Shown: piece by piece, positions 43,602-49,012 of the stretch
How the letters are laid out: every line of letters begins with the position of its first letter
Position numbering within the stretch: position 1 is the first letter of the stretch
Source of the DNA: Candidatus Bipolaricaulota bacterium
GTDB taxonomy: Bacteria; Bipolaricaulota; Bipolaricaulia; M55B111
Reading direction: 5' to 3'
NCBI GenBank assembly: GCA_021735185.1
Contig: JAIPHN010000001.1
Span: 1 to 49,012, forward strand
DNA: 49,012 nucleotides
Program-made: the position numbers and the translations under genes
Notes under the pieces: model-generated
The model's database searches: none
The model's input: only the letters and a program-made list of their open reading frames with translations
Told to the model about the DNA's origin: nothing

Positions 43602-45194
43602 GTGGCACAAGATAAACGCTCAGAGATGGATTCGGATCCTCTAATACGAATGGAAGGAATCACCAAACGCTTCCCCGGTGTTCTTGCAAACGATTCGGTA
43701 GACCTTTCCATTCAGGAAGGAGAAATCCATGCTCTTGTCGGTGAGAACGGAGCAGGGAAGACCACTTTGATGAAGATACTATACGGCATCTATTCGAAAG
43801 ATGGGGGTCAAATATTTTTCGAAGATGAACTTGTTAACATCGAAGACCCAAAAGATGCCAACAACCTCGGTATAGGAATGGTCCACCAGCACTTCATGTT
43901 AGTTCCTCCCCTTTCCGTAGTGGATAATATAACTCTTGGAAGTGAAATTGCCCACCGAGGAGTTCTTGACAGGGAAGAAGGCAAAAGGAGGATCCAGGAG
44001 CTTGCAAATGACATTGGGTTCGAAATAGATCCGGAAGCAAAGATCGAGGATCTTTCTGTCGGGGTGCGACAAAGAATTGAGATACTTAAAGTGCTCTTTC
44101 GGGAAGCGGAAGTTCTTATTCTCGATGAACCCACGGCTGTACTCACTCCTCAGGAAGTAGAGAGTCTTTACGAAATCCTCAATAACCTCCAGGAACAGGG
44201 AAAAACGATAATATTTATCACCCACAAACTCAACGAAGTGATGGATATCTCCGACAGGGTCACGGTAATGAGGGACGGAAAGGAAGTGGGGACGAAAGAG
44301 ATCGAGGATACTTCAAAAAAAGAGCTTGCCAACATGATGGTTGGCAGAGAAGTGCTGTTGAGGGTAGAAAAAGAAGAACCAGAGCTTGGTGAAGAGCTAA
44401 TTCGAGCGGAAAACCTAACCGTTACCAACGATGAGGGTGTAGAATTAGTCAGCAACGTCTCCTTTTCAATTCGCGAAGGGGAGGTATTTGGGATAGCCGG
44501 CGTTCAGGGAAACGGGCAAACTGAGTTAATCGAGGCTCTCACGGGGATAGATAAGTTTTCTTCCGGAACGGTAGAAGTCCAGGATTCCGACTTGACCAAC
44601 GTGGACGGTAAGAGGATTCGAGAAGAAGGAGTAGGACACATCCCCGAGGATCGACTTGACCGCGGGATGATCACAGATTTTACCGTTACGGAGAACTTCG
44701 TCCTCGGCTACCATACCTTCGAGCGTTACTCTAACCGGCTATTCATGAAGTTAAGAAATATGGACAAACATGCCGAAGAAGCCGTAGAAGAATTCGATAT
44801 AAAAACTCCATCCACGAAAACACTCGCCGAGAGTCTCTCCGGGGGTAACCAGCAGAAATTGATCGTAGCACGGGAACTATCTCAGCAACCCAAACTTCTC
44901 ATTGCAGCTCAACCCACAAGGGGAATTGACGTAGGAGCAATAGAGTTTGTCCATAAGCGATTGATGGAAGAGCGAGCCAAAGGGAAAGGTCTCCTGCTTG
45001 TCTCTTCCGAACTGGACGAGATTGTATCTTTAAGCGACAGAATAGCGGTTATATACGAGGGTGAATTTACAGGGATGTTTGATGCGGATGAAATATCGAA
45101 GGAGGAACTGGGGGTATACATGACTGGTTCCAAGCGACAGGATAAAGAAGAAGTCCGGCGGAAAGCTCTGGGCAAAGTTACTCTTCAGGAATGA
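43602..45194 (+). CDS. ABC transporter ATP-binding protein with duplicated NBDs (sugar/nucleoside importer type)
   Basis: NBD1 has GENGAGKTT and ILDEPTA; NBD2 has LSGGNQQK. I prefer GTG 43602, preceded by GAGAGGGGG. The ORF-track start at 43566 lies inside the terminator hairpin. ATG 43626 is an alternative. Confidence 0.88.
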   Translation: MAQDKRSEMDSDPLIRMEGITKRFPGVLANDSVDLSIQEGEIHALVGENGAGKTTLMKILYGIYSKDGGQIFFEDELVNIEDPKDANNLGIGMVHQHFMLVPPLSVVDNITLGSEIAHRGVLDREEGKRRIQELANDIGFEIDPEAKIEDLSVGVRQRIEILKVLFREAEVLILDEPTAVLTPQEVESLYEILNNLQEQGKTIIFITHKLNEVMDISDRVTVMRDGKEVGTKEIEDTSKKELANMMVGREVLLRVEKEEPELGEELIRAENLTVTNDEGVELVSNVSFSIREGEVFGIAGVQGNGQTELIEALTGIDKFSSGTVEVQDSDLTNVDGKRIREEGVGHIPEDRLDRGMITDFTVTENFVLGYHTFERYSNRLFMKLRNMDKHAEEAVEEFDIKTPSTKTLAESLSGGNQQKLIVARELSQQPKLLIAAQPTRGIDVGAIEFVHKRLMEERAKGKGLLLVSSELDEIVSLSDRIAVIYEGEFTGMFDADEISKEELGVYMTGSKRQDKEEVRRKALGKVTLQE

Positions 45195-45203
45195 TCAAAT
45201 ACA

Positions 45204-46295
45204 ATGAACAGTGAAAGAAGAAAAGAGCTTTTATTCAACGTATTGATGAATGGGGTCGCTCCGTTAGTTGCCATTATGATAGCTTTTGCAATTGGCGGAA
45301 TAGTAATTACTTCTCTCGGGACCAACCCGTTCGCGTTCTTCTCGAGAATGTTCAGCCTGAATTTCGGTACGCTGCGTGGTGTAAGCCAGATGATCTACCG
45401 CGCCACCCCTTACTTCTTTACGGCGATGGCACTTTCATTTGCCTTCAAAGCTGGGTTGTTTAACATTGGTGCTGAAGGCCAAATGTTTATCGGAGGTCTC
45501 GCCCTGGCCTGGGTCGGTTTCACCTTCACCTGGCTACCTTTTCCGATCCTGTTCGTTCTTTGTCTGATCGCAGGCTTTCTGGGCGGTGCTCTCTGGGGGG
45601 CAATACCCGGCTATTTGAAAGTCAAGCGAGGAGCTCACGAAGTAATTACGACGATAATGATGAACTTCATAGCTATTGCCCTGGTCCAGTACCTGGTCCA
45701 GAACCACTTCATGAATCCGAACTGGGGAATTCCTCATACTCCCACCGTAGCAGAGGGCGCTTACGCCCCCAGCCTGGACAAGGTTATCCCCTGGTTTCCG
45801 GCAGGCACCCGGGCAAACATAATGTTTTTGGTCGCGATAATCCTTGCCGGGTTGACGCTGGTACTGCTGGACCGGACGAAACTGGGCTATGAAATAAGAG
45901 CCACAGGCCTCAATCCAAACTCCGCCGAATACGCCGGGATCGACATATCCAGCCGAACCGTGATGACGATGGCAATCAGCGGTGGTTTCGCCGGTATGGC
46001 AACCGCAAACTTCATCCTGGGACCGGGAAGCCATTACTTTCTGAAAAGCGAGTACGGAGGTATAGGTTTTTCCGGAATTGCGGTTGGTCTTCTGGGAAGA
46101 AACAATCCCCTGGGAATAATACTCGCTGCGGTTCTCTTCGGCTTCCTTGAAAACGGAGCTTTAGGGGTTCAACTTTACTTTCCCAACGTTCCCCGGCAGA
46201 TCGTAGAGATCATGCAGGCAATTATTTTAATAGTGCTCGTGATAGTGCTAGAGCTTGCCAGAAAATTTTTAAAGAGATTACAAAAGAGGGGTTAA
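45204..46295 (+). CDS. ABC importer permease (BPD_transp_2 type)
   Basis: 363 aa, polytopic, immediately downstream of the ATPase gene. Confidence 0.88.
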   Translation: MNSERRKELLFNVLMNGVAPLVAIMIAFAIGGIVITSLGTNPFAFFSRMFSLNFGTLRGVSQMIYRATPYFFTAMALSFAFKAGLFNIGAEGQMFIGGLALAWVGFTFTWLPFPILFVLCLIAGFLGGALWGAIPGYLKVKRGAHEVITTIMMNFIAIALVQYLVQNHFMNPNWGIPHTPTVAEGAYAPSLDKVIPWFPAGTRANIMFLVAIILAGLTLVLLDRTKLGYEIRATGLNPNSAEYAGIDISSRTVMTMAISGGFAGMATANFILGPGSHYFLKSEYGGIGFSGIAVGLLGRNNPLGIILAAVLFGFLENGALGVQLYFPNVPRQIVEIMQAIILIVLVIVLELARKFLKRLQKRG

Positions 46296-46296
46296 C

Positions 46297-47178
46297 GTGG
46301 ACTGGATAATGGATATATTCGCGATTTCAACATTGTTGGCGACGATCCGGATGGCCGTGCCGATTTCCTTGGCTGCCCTGGGAGGACTGTTTTCCGAAAG
46401 CACCGGTGTTATCAACATAGCCCTGGAAGGAATTATCCTCATGGGGGCTTTCGCAGGAACCATCATAACGAACGCGACCGGTAGCCCGTTACTGGGTATC
46501 ATAATGGCGGTCGTTGCCGGAATAGGTATGGCATTGATCCACGCAATTGCTAGCGTTACCTTTAAGGCAAACCACATAATAAGCGGGGTCGCACTAAACT
46601 TATTCGCCACCGGAGTTACTTTTTTCCTCGCCCTGGTACTCACCGGTGGTTCTCAGATATCGGTCGAGAGCACTCTGCCAAAATTTCTGGGGGTATCGCC
46701 CGTAATTTACGTCACCATAGCGATATTTTTCCTATCGGGCTTCTTTCTCTACAGAACCAGACTCGGCCTCCGACTGAGAGCAACGGGTGAGCACATGGCC
46801 GCAGTAGATAGCGTTGGCATCAGTGTAACCAAGATGCGATACCTTGGAGTACTTATTTCCGGAGCACTTGCCGGATTAGGTGGAGGCTACCTCGCCATAG
46901 AACAGGCAAATTTCTTCACCAAGGGCATGAGCGCCGGTCGGGGTTACATAGGCCTGGCATCGATGATATTCGGAAAATGGACACCATGGGGCGCAGCGGG
47001 AGCGGCATCGCTTTTTGGGTTTTCTCAGGCATTACAATTTAGAATCTCAATCCCCTTCGTCCCCGACGAGTTTCTACAGATGCTACCTTATTTAATAACC
47101 ATATTTGTTCTCGTAGGTGCTGTAGGAAGAGCAACCCCACCGGCAGAGGACGGTAATCATTTCCTCAAGGAGGGTTAA
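46297..47178 (+). CDS. ABC importer permease, second subunit
   Basis: 293 aa, polytopic. The GTG start lies 1 nt after the preceding stop. Confidence 0.86.
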   Translation: MDWIMDIFAISTLLATIRMAVPISLAALGGLFSESTGVINIALEGIILMGAFAGTIITNATGSPLLGIIMAVVAGIGMALIHAIASVTFKANHIISGVALNLFATGVTFFLALVLTGGSQISVESTLPKFLGVSPVIYVTIAIFFLSGFFLYRTRLGLRLRATGEHMAAVDSVGISVTKMRYLGVLISGALAGLGGGYLAIEQANFFTKGMSAGRGYIGLASMIFGKWTPWGAAGAASLFGFSQALQFRISIPFVPDEFLQMLPYLITIFVLVGAVGRATPPAEDGNHFLKEG

Positions 47179-47183
47179 ACAGG

Positions 47184-48488
47184 ATGCAGTTCCTTGATAT
47201 CATCCTAAAAAAGAGGAACGGCGAAAATCTGAGCAAAGAGGAGATAGACTTCCTTGTCGGGGAATACGTAGCAGGTAAAATTCCCGATTACCAGATGTCG
47301 GCTTTTTTGATGGCTGTTTACTTTAACTCACTGAATAGAAAAGAAACTGCTTATCTGACCGAAAGCATGGCTAATTCCGGAGATAAACTTGATCTTACAC
47401 AAATAAACGGTTTCAAAGTCGACAAGCACTCCAGTGGAGGTGTCGGGGATTCTGTTTCTTTGATCCTTGTCCCTCTGGTTCGATCAGTGGGTCTTAAAAT
47501 AGGGAAGCTTTCCGGTCGTGGTCTGGGCCATACCGGGGGAACTATAGACAAACTGGAATCGATCCCCGGGTTCAACGTCGACCTAACTACCGATGAATTT
47601 CTTGATAGTATAGATCGGATCGGTATGGCGATTATGGAACATACGTCCAACCTGGTTCCCGCCGATCAGAAACTTTATGAACTCCGTGATGTGACGGGAA
47701 CTGTAAAATCCCTTCCGTTAATCATTAGCAGTATAATGAGCAAAAAAATTGCCTGCGGTCCCGACGGGATAGTACTGGATATAAAAACGGGTTCCGGCGC
47801 TATCGTAGACGAGTTCAAAGAAGCCGAGGAACTCGCCGGGGGTTGCGTGGATATTGGCCGCGAAGTCGGATTAAAAGTCTCGGCTCTGATTACTGACATG
47901 AATCAACCATTGGGAAGGGCAGTCGGAAACGCTCTGGAAATTAAGGAAGCGATAAAGGTTTTAAAAGGAGAAAAAGCCGGGGATTTAAAAGAGGTTACGG
48001 TCGCCCTAGTTGCTGAACTTCTACTGCAGTCCCGGAAAGCCGAGACTTTAAAAGGGGCAAGAGAAATCGTAGAAAGCAAACTGACCTCCGGAGAGGCCCT
48101 GAGTAAATTCGAACAACTTGTGGAAAACCAGGGAGGTAACCCTGAAGTGGCAAATAATACCGATATCTTACCCGGAAGCGATCAAAAAGCCAGAATCAAG
48201 ACCGACCAGCAAGGTTTCGTCGGTGAACTGGATGCCCTCAAAATTGGTAGAGCCGCAAATCTACTCGGGGCGGGCAGGAGTGAAAAAGGTCAAAAAATCG
48301 ACCCGGGAGTTGGGATCCAGCTAGAACGAAAGGTTGGCGAAGAAGTCACTGAAGAGGACCCCCTGGCCGTAATCCATTATAACGACGAAAAACACCTAAA
48401 TAGGGTCAAACAAATGGTGGGAGAAGCTTATAATATGAGAGAAACACCACCCCCCGAGGTACAGTTGATCAAAGAAAGAGTAAGATGA
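47184..48488 (+). CDS. pdp: Pyrimidine-nucleoside (thymidine) phosphorylase
   Basis: KHSSGGVGD and SGRGLGHTGGTIDKLESIPGF motifs. AAGGAGGG lies ahead of the ATG. Confidence 0.92.
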   Translation: MQFLDIILKKRNGENLSKEEIDFLVGEYVAGKIPDYQMSAFLMAVYFNSLNRKETAYLTESMANSGDKLDLTQINGFKVDKHSSGGVGDSVSLILVPLVRSVGLKIGKLSGRGLGHTGGTIDKLESIPGFNVDLTTDEFLDSIDRIGMAIMEHTSNLVPADQKLYELRDVTGTVKSLPLIISSIMSKKIACGPDGIVLDIKTGSGAIVDEFKEAEELAGGCVDIGREVGLKVSALITDMNQPLGRAVGNALEIKEAIKVLKGEKAGDLKEVTVALVAELLLQSRKAETLKGAREIVESKLTSGEALSKFEQLVENQGGNPEVANNTDILPGSDQKARIKTDQQGFVGELDALKIGRAANLLGAGRSEKGQKIDPGVGIQLERKVGEEVTEEDPLAVIHYNDEKHLNRVKQMVGEAYNMRETPPPEVQLIKERVR

Positions 48489-48600
48489 GCTGAATTCCCG
48501 GGCCAATCACCGCCAAACAGGTCCGGGGAACACCGAGCAAAATTAAACCCTGCCGATTAAGTTGCGAAATCCTCCCCCAACCCCCCATAATTATCAAGCC

Positions 48601-49012
48601 ATGAATAGAACAGAGTTTACAGAGTTAGATGCCATTTCTCCTCTTGACGGACGCTACAGGGATCGAGTCGATGCCCTCCACCCCTATTTCTCCCAGTACG
48701 CGCTGGACAGGGAGCGAGTCAGAGTAGAGACAGAATACTTGATAAAGCTGGGTAAACTGGAAGAAATACCGATCGGCCCTCCGTCCGAAAAACTAAGAGA
48801 TATCTCCGAGAAGTTCGGGATAAAGGATGCCCGGCTAATCAAACAGATAGAGACTGAGGGTTACCGGGACATACCTCCTACCAACCATGACGTCAAAGCA
48901 GTGGAATATTTCATAAGGGAAAAATTGAAGGATGAGAATCTCGCCGAATTGATACCTTTCGTTCACTTTGGTCTGACCTCAGAGGACGTAAACAACCTGG
49001 CATACACGACAC
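48601..49012 (+). CDS. purB: Adenylosuccinate lyase, N-terminal part (runs off the right edge)
   Basis: Manual translation gives MNRTEFTELDAISPLDGRYRDRV...TNHDVKAVEYFIREKL...HFGLTSEDVNNLAYT, colinear with the N-terminus of E. coli-type PurB. Confidence 0.9.
   Translation, partial: MNRTEFTELDAISPLDGRYRDRVDALHPYFSQYALDRERVRVETEYLIKLGKLEEIPIGPPSEKLRDISEKFGIKDARLIKQIETEGYRDIPPTNHDVKAVEYFIREKLKDENLAELIPFVHFGLTSEDVNNLAYTT

Overview
This is a bacterial chromosomal window, about 45-47% GC by eye. The predicted proteins are markedly acidic, and GTG/TTG starts and 4-nt start/stop overlaps are common. Almost all of it is housekeeping: serS, glmM, tilS-rseP, nadE, ychF, a tsaC-like gene, tpiA, cdd, yceD-ruvC-polA, dnaA, and a BMP-type nucleoside ABC importer followed by pyrimidine-nucleoside phosphorylase and purB. 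It also holds a peptide-type ABC importer without ATPase genes, two ABC exporters, an S9 peptidase and a surface protein with five FN3 repeats. I saw no rRNA, tRNA, CRISPR array or recognisable defence or toxin system. The most interesting signal is non-coding. A 344/345-bp MITE-like element occurs twice in inverted orientation (14372..14715 and 41104..41448). Each copy has imperfect CC-terminated inverted termini and a perfect 5-bp target duplication (TAAAA and TTAAA). Inside the element, a 121-bp module (16-bp inverted repeats around 89 bp) lies in opposite orientation relative to the arms in the two copies. That is an inverton-like switch carried on a mobile element, with no recombinase gene in the window. 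The arms combine 100%-identical blocks with equal-length hypervariable patches. The same arm faces the start of the neighbouring gene at both loci, and the pair brackets 26.4 kb containing dnaA. I also propose, at low confidence, a degenerate third relative at 34.1-34.4 kb and a mariner/IS630-like transposase relic just upstream of dnaA. All functional calls come from motif recognition by eye; no searches or computations were run.
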